A stretch of DNA of 58,115 nucleotides from a virus (taxonomy: Duplodnaviria; Caudoviricetes): IMG/VR virus record IMGVR_UViG_3300025806_000029, positions 1 to 58,115 of that record. One strand, given 5' to 3'. Made by a program: the position numbers and the translations under genes. This document shows positions 1-7,775 of this stretch, one piece after another. The notes beneath the pieces were generated by a model. That model was not told the DNA's origin. It made no database searches and worked only from the letters and a program-made list of their open reading frames with translations. How positions within the stretch are numbered: position 1 is the stretch's first letter; the number at the start of each line of letters is the position of its first letter.

Positions 1-762
1 TTCGGAATGGATCACGCGCCCACCGTCCGTGGTTTTTTCCGTGCCGCGCATAACCGCCCGGAAATATTCCAGCGCCTCGCCATCGGTCAAAGCGCGGGCC
101 GCCATCGCTTTCGCCGCGCCAACAAAAGACCCGAACGATTCCGCGTTTAAACCCAACGCGGTTTCTACCGCTTCGGGGTCCAGTGCTACGCGGTGATCGT
201 GCCGGAATATGTCGGCCTCTTTCTCACTCATTGCAAACGTAAGGGTATTATTGCAAACAACGCGAGTCTGAACGCTGGCGAAAGTGTTAGCATCGCGGCC
301 CGTGTGCCGGACCGTAAACAAGGGGCGGCTAGTCACGGTGTCCCCGTCGCCAATATCGGCGGACAGTCCCGCCTCCAGTTGTACCCATGCCGCCGCGCCG
401 CCGAACAACGCGCCCGCCGTGATAATGTCGTGCCCGTGCTTTGCCCGAATATCGTCGGCGACTTCGAGGATGGCGCGATTTTGCACGGGTTGCCATTGCC
501 CGGCGATGTAAGGGCCGGTCACGTGATTATTGTCGGTGCGCTCTATGTAGAACGAATCCGGAATCGGCGTACCGTCGGTGCGGTGGTTCGGGCGGCACTC
601 AACGTTATAATTTAAACCGGCGGCGGCGGCCCATGTATCTATAGAAGCGCCCGCCTCTACAATCTGCGGGGAGGTCTCGGCGGCGTGCCATGGGGCGGCG
701 TCGCCCGCCCGATATGCCATTGCGATTGTGCCGTCTGCTTGTGTTGCTAATTCGTGGGACAT
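1..762 (-). CDS. DUF932 (TIGR03299-like) protein, allele A, 3'-truncated by window edge
   Basis: Hand translation from ATG 762 gives MSHELATQADG...RVVCNNTL..., open to position 1. The RVVCxNTL motif is typical of DUF932. Confidence 0.8.
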   Translation of the reverse strand, partial: MSHELATQADGTIAMAYRAGDAAPWHAAETSPQIVEAGASIDTWAAAAGLNYNVECRPNHRTDGTPIPDSFYIERTDNNHVTGPYIAGQWQPVQNRAILEVADDIRAKHGHDIITAGALFGGAAAWVQLEAGLSADIGDGDTVTSRPLFTVRHTGRDANTFASVQTRVVCNNTLTFAMSEKEADIFRHDHRVALDPEAVETALGLNAESFGSFVGAAKAMAARALTDGEALEYFRAVMRGTEKTTDGGRVIHSE

Positions 763-788
763 TGGTCTAGTTCTCCATGATAAAAAAA
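1..788. repeat. Diverged direct repeat of 57328-58115 (contig-end redundancy)
   Basis: Colinear and gap-free with offset 57327. Positions 1-99 and 662-788 are identical to the end copy; the middle carries many substitutions. Confidence 0.97.
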
Positions 789-811
789 ACGGGGCGAGAT
801 TACCCCGCCCC
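782..811 (-). terminator. Intrinsic terminator after the 849-1568 gene
   Basis: GGGGCG/CGCCCC stem followed by a U8 tract on the minus strand. Confidence 0.65.
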
Positions 812-845
812 ATTTTATCGCATGTTCTCGCATGTATGTAAAGCG
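812..845 (-). promoter_or_regulatory. Probable DUF932 promoter with tandem CATGCGA boxes
   Basis: TTTACA...TAAAAT on minus strand; tcgcatg at 818 and 828 (10-bp spacing). Confidence 0.5.
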
Positions 846-848
846 GTT

Positions 849-1568
849 TTATTTGATGCGCCCCATGTCGCCCGCGATATGGGCACGCAGGATAGAGCCC
901 GGCGGTAAACTACGCGCGAATCGTTTGTGCTGTTCGGCGTCGGTCTCGGCGGGTTCGGCCCTATTGGATAAACCGCGCCAGTGTAGCGCGACGTTTCCGC
1001 CGCCCGCATAACAGCCGCCCGGGTCGCGGTTGTCGCCCGCCTTTCTTTTCGACGCGCCATGCGCGGTGAAGATCACAAAATAATCACGTTCTGCCCGGGC
1101 GCACAAAGGGCGGCCATTGCCGCAATTCGCACAACTAACGTCGCGCAATTCTGCCGGGCAACGGACGCCCCGCGTTCTGCCGTCTGTCATTACCTTATTA
1201 GACGCGCGGCGGTCCCAATAGTTCGCCGGAACAACGGCAACGGACGCGACCCCGTGGCGGGTTTGTTCTGCCGCGTCGTTTGTCGAGGTCGCGGAATAAT
1301 TAAAAACAGCCTGACCGGGTGCGCCGGTATTTTGTTCAGACCATTTCGGCGGCGGAAAATGCGTGTACAAATAAGCCTGCCCCCGCTTCGGGACACCGGC
1401 CCGCAATGCGGCCTCATATTCTCTGTCTATTTCGGTCGTCGAGGTCGCCGCCGGTTTAAGCGGGCAACTATCCGGGCAAGTGCCGTACATGTCGCCGGGC
1501 GCGGCGCGGTATGTCACAGCAAGCCCTGCGGTTTTTTTAGAGCGGGAGCGTTCAACGGTGTTAAGCAT
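849..1568 (-). CDS. Cys-rich phage early protein (DUF7227/Gp88-like), probably metal or Fe-S binding
   Basis: Motifs KT..., TCPDSCP, YTH, CPA...CANC...LC...FTAHG, GCYA, RAHIAGD. Confidence 0.6.
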   Translation of the reverse strand: MLNTVERSRSKKTAGLAVTYRAAPGDMYGTCPDSCPLKPAATSTTEIDREYEAALRAGVPKRGQAYLYTHFPPPKWSEQNTGAPGQAVFNYSATSTNDAAEQTRHGVASVAVVPANYWDRRASNKVMTDGRTRGVRCPAELRDVSCANCGNGRPLCARAERDYFVIFTAHGASKRKAGDNRDPGGCYAGGGNVALHWRGLSNRAEPAETDAEQHKRFARSLPPGSILRAHIAGDMGRIK

Positions 1569-1755
1569 CGGTCAGCACCTCCCGCACAAAAACGGTGTCC
1601 CGTTCGCCCGGGTGGTCATAACAAAGCCGCGCATATGTCAGCGCCTCGTCAAGCGTGTCGTATTGGCGGGGCATCGGCTTTCCGAGTCGGACAATTTCCC
1701 ACGCGGTCGGACCGGTCGGGTTTTCTAATCGTTTGAATCGAACACTCTTATACAT
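1561..1755 (-). CDS. Hypothetical early protein
   Basis: ORF 1561-1770; GGAG RBS favours ATG at 1755; overlaps the start of the next gene. Confidence 0.6.
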   Translation of the reverse strand: MYKSVRFKRLENPTGPTAWEIVRLGKPMPRQYDTLDEALTYARLCYDHPGERDTVFVREVLTDA

Positions 1756-1770
1756 TTGGTTTCTCTCCAT

Positions 1771-1830
1771 GGTATGGGTTAACTCCCATACCTTAGCGCA
1801 AGAAAAAACCCGGCGTCAATACCGGGTTTA
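1771..1830 (-). promoter_or_regulatory. Terminator hairpin overlapping a sigma70 promoter and palindromic operator
   Basis: AAACCCGG/CCGGGTTT stem plus U tract; TTGACG-N18-TAAGGT; palindrome GGTATGGG-ttaact-CCCATACC at 1771-1792. Confidence 0.6.
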
Positions 1831-1837
1831 ATCTTTT

Positions 1838-1951
1838 TTAATAACCGCGCCGCCGCGTTCGTCGTCGCATTGCACGCGGCGGTTTGGCGTTCGCGTACTT
1901 TTTCCAATCGGGGCCGTATAACAGGCGGCCTAGAATGCTAAAGAGAAACAT
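1838..1951 (-). CDS. 37-aa small protein (not in ORF track)
   Basis: MFLFSILGRLLYGPDWKKYANAKPPRAMRRRTRRRGY; TGATG coupling to the upstream gene. Confidence 0.55.
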   Translation of the reverse strand: MFLFSILGRLLYGPDWKKYANAKPPRAMRRRTRRRGY

Positions 1952-2205
1952 CACGCGGCCTCCGTCTCGGGCAAAACCTTACAGTCCCAAACATACTCGC
2001 TTTGGTTTTCCACCCCGACAAATTCCAAGTCACGATCTTGGCGCAAACCCCAAATGAAATCGGGGTCGCTTTCAGCATCCGGCACAAGGTTTCCATAAAG
2101 ATCAAAGTCCGCTCCAAACCGGTCTTTATCGTGCGGGTCGGACAAGTCTATTTCAGCGACGTGCGTCTCTAAGTTAACTTGCTTGATTTCAATTCTAATC
2201 TTCAT
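1951..2205 (-). CDS. Hypothetical acidic protein
   Basis: ORF 1951-2256; AACCACGGAGA RBS favours ATG at 2205. Confidence 0.65.
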   Translation of the reverse strand: MKIRIEIKQVNLETHVAEIDLSDPHDKDRFGADFDLYGNLVPDAESDPDFIWGLRQDRDLEFVGVENQSEYVWDCKVLPETEAA

Positions 2206-2335
2206 CGCTAAATTTCTCCGTGGTTTTGCGATTGATGCAGGATTGAACGAAAGCAATGCCCGCGAATATCACGAATCCTGTCCACGCGATAATAAGGTAA
2301 TCAACGGCAAAGCTGGTAATGGCGTCATACTCCAT
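2195..2335 (-). CDS. 46-aa single-TM membrane protein (not in ORF track)
   Basis: MEYDAITSFAVDYLIIAWTGFVIFAGIAFVQSC...; GGAGG RBS; its own promoter lies upstream. Confidence 0.55.
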   Translation of the reverse strand: MEYDAITSFAVDYLIIAWTGFVIFAGIAFVQSCINRKTTEKFSDED

Positions 2336-2840
2336 GTCTTAGTTCCTCCGTAAGGTTTATAGACTCGCCGTTTATATGCGACCTTATCGGACATATCAAC
2401 CCCATAATTTCGTCCCAGTCATAGGGCGCTTCGACAAACAGGTCTGGCGGGCAGTCGGTGCCTTCCATCCTAACGTCGATAGCCTTAGACGCGTGGTAGA
2501 CCCGGACGGTATCGGTCTGCTTCGCTTTCGACTGGCGGACCAGTATCCACGCGCTACCGTTCTTGTGCAGGTCCAGCCACGTAACTTGATGCGGCGATAG
2601 CTCCACGGCCCTGCCACCAGTGTGCTTCAATTCGACAAAATGAAAGAGCCCTAGCTCGTCCTGAATTACAACGTCAGGAACCCCGGGCGTCGCCCACGTC
2701 TCCAGCCTCGTCATCGTCAGCTTCCGGCTGCTCTTCGATATCCCCTCCTTCATCGTCTTCCACAAGCCGCTCTCGCGCTTTGCTGCGGTTTGCGGAATTG
2801 TCCGGCTCTTCGGGAGTGATGTCGATGGTAATCGGGGCAT
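2325..2840 (-). CDS. VRR-NUC / PD-(D/E)XK nuclease (Holliday-junction resolvase-like)
   Basis: E...GVPDV...FVELK...LSPHQ..W motif. Confidence 0.8.
   Translation of the reverse strand: MPRLPSTSLPKSRTIPQTAAKRESGLWKTMKEGISKSSRKLTMTRLETWATPGVPDVVIQDELGLFHFVELKHTGGRAVELSPHQVTWLDLHKNGSAWILVRQSKAKQTDTVRVYHASKAIDVRMEGTDCPPDLFVEAPYDWDEIMGLICPIRSHINGESINLTEELRHGV
2371..2399 (-). promoter_or_regulatory. sigma70 promoter inside the 3' end of the nuclease gene
   Basis: TTGATA-N17-TATAAA with a TATGCGA box overlapping the -10. Confidence 0.6.
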
Positions 2841-3336
2841 AGCTTTGTTTTATATCCTCTAAGGCTTTCAGTACTTCGTCTTTGGACATGGAGTCTATCG
2901 ACCCATGACGAATCTCGCTTTTGCTAACGTAGATGTCGCCCTGCGCTTGACCCCGCCGATACTCGGCTTGGACCGCCGCGCTGTACGCGCCATTTTGAAG
3001 TGCCATGTCTCGGATCGTTTGCAGGTCGCGCAGGTGCCGTTGATAGGTGACGCCGAACTTAACGTCTAGCTCGTCCCGGTACGCTCGGATGGCGGCTACA
3101 ACGTGCGGAGAGCGGTCAGGGTTGGTAAGTTCGTACGCCCGGCTATGGGCACTGCTGGCAGGGTAGCCCGCGTTTATGGCGGCCTCCCGGAGCGTTATCT
3201 GACCATCCTTACTGACCAGTTCTTTGACAAACAGTTCCTGCTTGCGGGTCAGGGTGGTCTTGGTGCTGACCTTTTTCCGGCCCCTCGTTTCAACCCAATC
3301 CGGGTCGTCAGATTTGCGGACAGTCTTGCGCGGCAT
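2674..3336 (-). CDS. terS: Terminase small subunit
   Basis: LTRKQELFVKELV...EAAINAGY...AHSRAYEL..NP, the typical TerS N-terminal HTH. Confidence 0.8.
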   Translation of the reverse strand: MPRKTVRKSDDPDWVETRGRKKVSTKTTLTRKQELFVKELVSKDGQITLREAAINAGYPASSAHSRAYELTNPDRSPHVVAAIRAYRDELDVKFGVTYQRHLRDLQTIRDMALQNGAYSAAVQAEYRRGQAQGDIYVSKSEIRHGSIDSMSKDEVLKALEDIKQSYAPITIDITPEEPDNSANRSKARERLVEDDEGGDIEEQPEADDDEAGDVGDARGS

Positions 3337-3385
3337 GGCGGGTATCTTTCAATAGTTAATCCGCACTAGTCTTGCCACAAAACCG

Positions 3386-3608
3386 CCTATATATATAGGG
3401 CCAAAATCAGATTTTTTTCGAAAACAAACTGCTCGCGCGGGTCACGTGGAATATTCCATGGAACACATGGAACAGAATCGGGTACACATGGAACAGACTT
3501 TGTTATTCAATTACAGCGGGTTACTCTTTTCTGTTCCGTTGTTCCACGTGTTCCACGCTAAAAATTTTTTTTTCAGAAAAAAATAATTTCAGCCCTATAT
3601 ATATAGGG
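3386..3608. other. Origin-like (or packaging) site with inverted iterons
   Basis: Bounded by CCTATATATATAGG palindromes; (CA)TGGAACA x3 on the left faces TGTTCC(A) x3 on the right; flanking A/T tracts; non-coding. Confidence 0.6.
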
Positions 3609-3740
3609 AGAACTAAAACTGATCTCTGAGAAGAACCGTGGGCCGTGATTGGTGGTCTCTAGCTAGCTAGCTTCGGCATCGTTTTAACTCCAACCTGTTA
3701 AGAGGCCCGTGGGCCGTGATTAGTGGTTACTGATTAGTGG

Positions 3741-4142
3741 TTAAGCTGCGTTCTCGTTCTTTTCTATCCAGTACGCGACATCCTCTTCAATGTCGCTAGC
3801 TGTCTGGTCCATCCATTCTTCGTGGTCTGGATGGTCTGGACCCATGTCGCCTTTTTTCATCGGCTTGATGGTTCGGCCTTTACAGAAGAACAACCCTATC
3901 GGGGTTGGCCTCTCTTCCGGCGTGGCTTGGTAGGTGAAGCCGCCCAGCGGGCCGCAGTTTAGCGTTTCGCTCGGGCCGTACATTACCATGACGGCGACGC
4001 CGTTCTTGGTGGCTTGGCCCCCGCTGTTTGACGCCGCGTCTTTGATAGCGGTGATCGGGTCGCGGGCCTTGGCCCAGCCTCCGTAGCTCCCGCCTGTAAT
4101 GGCAAAGAAGGTACGTCCGTTTTTAAGTGTGTGGTCTGTCAT
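3741..4142 (-). CDS. Hypothetical early protein
   Basis: 133-aa ORF with AACCATGGAG RBS. Confidence 0.7.
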   Translation of the reverse strand: MTDHTLKNGRTFFAITGGSYGGWAKARDPITAIKDAASNSGGQATKNGVAVMVMYGPSETLNCGPLGGFTYQATPEERPTPIGLFFCKGRTIKPMKKGDMGPDHPDHEEWMDQTASDIEEDVAYWIEKNENAA

Positions 4143-4241
4143 TGAGTTACTCCATGGTTAATGGTCCACGGGTCACTCAACAGGTTGGTTTCTTATTTAC
4201 AATGAGAAAGAGCCGGGCGCTTTTGTGCCTCTTTATTATGT

Positions 4242-4290
4242 ATTATAATAAAGCATCTTATCCCATATGTACATGCGACATAGTGTCGCA
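4242..4290 (-). promoter_or_regulatory. Promoter with TGCGACA-tag-TGTCGCA palindrome
   Basis: Palindrome at 4274-4290, TCCCATA at 4261, TATAAT-like -10 at 4242-4250. Confidence 0.55.
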
Positions 4291-4309
4291 CCCTAAGTCA
4301 CTGATTTCA

Positions 4310-4453
4310 TTACGTTTTACCTGATCTTAGGTGCCTAAGATAATCATACATTTTTTTCGAGAGTCCGCACTTTTCGCAAGTCGGGAATTTTTTGCCGTAC
4401 CGGTCGGACACTTCTCGACCGGTGAAACCGCAGGGCGTTTTTTCTGCTTCCAT
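4310..4453 (-). CDS. 47-aa small Cys-containing protein (not in ORF track)
   Basis: MEAEKTPCGF...CEKCG...; GAAAGGT RBS. Confidence 0.45.
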   Translation of the reverse strand: MEAEKTPCGFTGREVSDRYGKKFPTCEKCGLSKKMYDYLRHLRSGKT

Positions 4454-4578
4454 AAATCTACCTTTCTTTTCGAGGGAATAATGCCTGCCACCACATGGCG
4501 GGAGGGAACATGTAAAAGACGCGCCAAATTTCGTCCCAAGTGTGGAACTGAGAACGCCGACGGCGGCTTATAAGCCCG

Positions 4579-5118
4579 TTACTCATTTTCCGGTTTCCAT
4601 TTGTTGGGGTTGACGTTCATCGTCCAGTTGAAAGCTAGGGTCATGCGTTCGTCGGGAGCCGCGGGCACCGAATGCCGCAGCGAGGACGGTAAGGTGAGGA
4701 CGTGGCCTCTGAGGTTGTTAAAAACAACGTCGCCCGCGAATATATGACTGGGGCCAAAATATATTATCGTGGCGTAATCCGTCCCTTCGGCAACGTGGGC
4801 GTGTTCGGTCACGCTTTCTCCCGGCTTTAAAAGGTTACCCCAAGCGTCAAGGATGTTAATGCCGGTAAAATTAGGCTCGTTAAATATATTCGACGACAGA
4901 AGTTGCTCCCCGAACATTCCGACATATTCGTGGAAAACCGGATCGTTGTTAAAGTGCCTGAAGTCGGTCATCTGGCCTCTTACGTTTGTGACGTAATCCA
5001 TTGGTCCGACGCCCTCGCGGATAGCTCTTTCAAAATGTTGAAGATGGGGCTCTGATGGAACGTAAGCTCGAACTACCTCGGTAGGCGCGTTGATCCAGTG
5101 CTTTTCAATAACTTCCAT
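4579..5118 (-). CDS. Putative 2OG-Fe(II) oxygenase (TIGR02466-like)
   Basis: WGN...HAH...LRHSVP...RMTLAFN; AGGAGG RBS before ATG 5118. Confidence 0.75.
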   Translation of the reverse strand: MEVIEKHWINAPTEVVRAYVPSEPHLQHFERAIREGVGPMDYVTNVRGQMTDFRHFNNDPVFHEYVGMFGEQLLSSNIFNEPNFTGINILDAWGNLLKPGESVTEHAHVAEGTDYATIIYFGPSHIFAGDVVFNNLRGHVLTLPSSLRHSVPAAPDERMTLAFNWTMNVNPNKWKPENE

Positions 5119-5119
5119 T

Positions 5120-5308
5120 TTACCTCCTGTAGAGTTGAGGGGAGGGCCAGTAAGTAAACCCTCCCCCCGATAGTGCGGTTGCAGCCTTAACCTCCAAATG
5201 CGCCAACGACACGGCGGGAACCCGGGGTTTTGACGGACGTTTAATCCGCAGGACTGCTTCATCGCTTTCGCACCGCTCGGCGAAAGCTGAGTATGTGGGC
5301 TCCTCCAA
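5120..5308 (-). CDS. Hypothetical protein
   Basis: 62-aa ORF filling the gap exactly between its neighbours. Confidence 0.4.
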   Translation of the reverse strand: MEEPTYSAFAERCESDEAVLRIKRPSKPRVPAVSLAHLEVKAATALSGGGFTYWPSPQLYRR

Positions 5309-5309
5309 A

Positions 5310-5642
5310 TTAAAAGCGAGGGGCGGCTCGGTAATCGTCTAGCACCTCAACGTCCTGTTCCCGAAGAGCGGGCTTTTCCCTTTCGTGCCGGTGCTGCTCG
5401 TCCAGCCAAGCCGCATATTCGGCCTCTCGCCGATAAAACTTCTCTTCCTCCCACGCGCACTTCGCGCAAATGTAGAATGGAAATTCCCCGGTAATCGGAT
5501 CAGGATTTTCGTACCACCGGCTCTCTGCTTTCGAGGCTGCCGCCCCGCAGTTTTCGCAGTGCGTGTCGAGTTGACCCTTACTGCTTCGCCCTTTGATAGG
5601 GGCTAAATCGTAGCCCCAGCCAATGTTTAAACGACTAGGCAT
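5310..5642 (-). CDS. Zn-finger hypothetical protein
   Basis: CENC...CAKC; GGAGA RBS before ATG 5642. Confidence 0.6.
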   Translation of the reverse strand: MPSRLNIGWGYDLAPIKGRSSKGQLDTHCENCGAAASKAESRWYENPDPITGEFPFYICAKCAWEEEKFYRREAEYAAWLDEQHRHEREKPALREQDVEVLDDYRAAPRF

Positions 5643-5650
5643 GTCTTCTC

Positions 5651-5839
5651 CTATATAACCCATTCAACCTTTGAACATTTCTGTTCCAGTTCCGTGGCCC
5701 GTGAACGGAGGCGCTCGGCCTCTGCTTCGTCGCCACCGGTCCATTCTTCGTCTGCTGCACGTTCGCGCAGCTTACGGACTAGATACTCGTTCGTTACGAG
5801 GGCCAGCCCGAGGATGTCTGCCGCACTTCTATTCGACAT
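5651..5839 (-). CDS. Hypothetical protein
   Basis: 3' part of ORF 5651-6058; likely start MSNRS overlapping the upstream gene's end. Confidence 0.5.
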   Translation of the reverse strand: MSNRSAADILGLALVTNEYLVRKLRERAADEEWTGGDEAEAERLRSRATELEQKCSKVEWVI

Positions 5840-6110
5840 ATTCCACCAACCAATCGTTTTTATCGTTTGTTGCATCGCAGGCGCTGCACTGGAGCGCTGA
5901 CCACGCGAAGTGATATACCTCGGTCCACGCGCCGCAGTCCGGGCAGTATATTTTTTTAGGCTTCTTACCGGCCCGGGTATAGCGGTTGACGTTCGTAAAT
6001 TTCTTCGGCTCTTTTTCCAGAAACTCGGAGATCGCTTCGCCGCGCTTATCGTCGTCAAACGATAAAACGCGGTTTAGCATCTTCCGCCAAAAACGAAGCG
6101 GGTCCATCAT
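5829..6110 (-). CDS. Zn-ribbon protein
   Basis: IYCPDC...VYHFAWSALQCSAC. Confidence 0.7.
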   Translation of the reverse strand: MMDPLRFWRKMLNRVLSFDDDKRGEAISEFLEKEPKKFTNVNRYTRAGKKPKKIYCPDCGAWTEVYHFAWSALQCSACDATNDKNDWLVEYVE

Positions 6111-6346
6111 TTGCGCCCCCGCAGCCTGTCAAGCTCATCAGAGGCCGGTGGGAGACTTTCCGCCGGTGCAATTTCGGCGACGTGGTAGAGCGTTTCCATC
6201 TTCTGGGATATGAGCGACTCAATTACCTGCCGACGGCTAAGTTTGATAATCCCGGTTTTAATCTCAAGGTTGGTGCGGATTTCGTCTAGCATTTCTACTG
6301 TCGCCTTGGGCAGAACAATCGTTGTTCCCGCATATTTCTTGTCCAT
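6107..6346 (-). CDS. Putative ribbon-helix-helix DNA-binding regulator
   Basis: TTIVLPKATVEMLDEI...LSRRQVIESLI pattern; has its own promoter and operator. Confidence 0.55.
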   Translation of the reverse strand: MDKKYAGTTIVLPKATVEMLDEIRTNLEIKTGIIKLSRRQVIESLISQKMETLYHVAEIAPAESLPPASDELDRLRGRK

Positions 6347-6370
6347 AATAATCTCCGTGGTTAATTGAGG

Positions 6371-6405
6371 TATGGGACATTACTGGACATCCGCAACCCG
6401 GTCAA
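6371..6405 (-). promoter_or_regulatory. sigma70 promoter with TATGGGA box
   Basis: TTGACC-N17-TAATGT; box at 6371-6377. Confidence 0.6.
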
Positions 6406-6415
6406 CAGAAAACGA

Positions 6416-6982
6416 CTAAAACGGAATCCAATTAAAATTTATGACTCGCCGGTACGGCACGTCGGTCGCGGTCCAAGATCCGTGGCGCACGAAGGCGGGG
6501 AAGGTAACCAGCCGATTAGCCACGGCGTCTACTTTTTTTCCGCCTTCAAACTCGGTAGGACCGTCGCACGTGTCTAGGTACAGAATACCGGTCACGCATA
6601 TATCTTCCCGATGAGTGTCTGTATGAAACCCGCCGAAAAAAGAAGTTTCCCCGGAGTACGTCAACAAATTTACTTTAGCGCGAACTAAAATAAAGGGGTC
6701 AATTTCTTGTAAAACCGGCGCAATAATTTTTGCAGGCTGCGGACAGTCTTCCCGCGCCCGGTCTCCTAGCTGACCCATAACATCAAACGGTATTTCTAGC
6801 GGCTCATGTTGGTATAAAACGTGAGAAAACTGGTTGTTTCGTAAGTGAATTTCTGGACCGAGTTCCGCGACGTTTGAAAGGTGAAAACCCCACGGAAATC
6901 CACCGCCCGGATGAAGGGCGCTTTTTAAATCAAAGAAAACCTCGTCATTCAAAAAGTTTTCAAAGATTTTAATCTCCGTCAT
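6416..6982 (-). CDS. 2OG-Fe(II) oxygenase
   Basis: FHTD...YLDTCDGPT...NRLVTFP...RHGS...RRVINFNW. Confidence 0.8.
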   Translation of the reverse strand: MTEIKIFENFLNDEVFFDLKSALHPGGGFPWGFHLSNVAELGPEIHLRNNQFSHVLYQHEPLEIPFDVMGQLGDRAREDCPQPAKIIAPVLQEIDPFILVRAKVNLLTYSGETSFFGGFHTDTHREDICVTGILYLDTCDGPTEFEGGKKVDAVANRLVTFPAFVRHGSWTATDVPYRRVINFNWIPF

Positions 6983-7775
6983 TTTTATCGACTATTTGCT
7001 CTTTCGTAAAAAGGGCGACGTTCCCTGCGATTGATCTGCGGTCCCGTTCCGGCTGCTGGTCAGAGTTGATTGTTTCCTTGTAAGGATAGACCATGTGGTT
7101 GAGCCAATGCGGGAATATAACGAACCGGCCCGGCTGCGGGTCCATGGTCATCACTTTCGAGGTTCTAAATTCAGCGTGTGAGGTTTGAAGCGTTGGACCG
7201 TTAACAAAGGTCAGGCAGCCGTCCAGTTGCCGAGAAGCGCTCTTCAGGTTAACTGCTTCCGAGTTACGCATATTTTCCGGCACTCGCGTCCAGTAAACAA
7301 AGCTTAAACCAGCAGCGGTGCGTTTGCCGTGATCGTGAATTGGGTTGTAGTCACCGGGCAGACTGTCAACCACCCAAGCTTCGTAGCAGTTCGCCGCGAC
7401 GTAAGGACAGTTAGGGTCTTCTTGCGAGGCGTAGAACTGCTGAACGTACTGCATAGCCATGGACTCGGCGACCCCGTAAACACCGTGAAACGGGTCGCAG
7501 TAATCTTTGTCGAGATATATCTGCTCGCCTTCGTTGATTTGACCAACCAGTTGGTCTGAGAAATCTACCTGCTCCTTTTGAAGCTTTATCTCATCGATTT
7601 CATGGTTAACTCCTTGGTTAAACCAAAAAGGTAATGTGGTCTCCAACACAAAAAAATCGATAATCGAATGTGCTTTTAAGTCGGCAGAAAAATTACCCTT
7701 GTAGTTGCGATGCGCCTGTCCGACGTCGCGCCTAACCACCTTCCGTTCGTCAGCGGATGCTTGAGCCCTATCCAT
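6969..7775 (-). CDS. 2OG-Fe(II) oxygenase (TIGR02466-like)
   Basis: GDYNPIHDH...IFPHWLNHMVYP...RRSIAGN. Confidence 0.8.
   Translation of the reverse strand: MDRAQASADERKVVRRDVGQAHRNYKGNFSADLKAHSIIDFFVLETTLPFWFNQGVNHEIDEIKLQKEQVDFSDQLVGQINEGEQIYLDKDYCDPFHGVYGVAESMAMQYVQQFYASQEDPNCPYVAANCYEAWVVDSLPGDYNPIHDHGKRTAAGLSFVYWTRVPENMRNSEAVNLKSASRQLDGCLTFVNGPTLQTSHAEFRTSKVMTMDPQPGRFVIFPHWLNHMVYPYKETINSDQQPERDRRSIAGNVALFTKEQIVDKNDGD

Noticed and set aside
1-788. Diversity-generating retroelement TR/VR pair (1-788 vs 57328-58115)
   Set aside because: Differences are not adenine-specific (e.g. GCG vs TCC), many are synonymous third positions, and no reverse transcriptase is present.
3457-3555. CRISPR array or mini-array
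   Set aside because: Repeats are 7-9 nt, inverted, and lack regular unique spacers; no cas genes.
3690-4188. Recombinase-driven invertible segment or transposon ends
   Set aside because: Repeats are imperfect and no recombinase or transposase is encoded; an RNA stem fits better.
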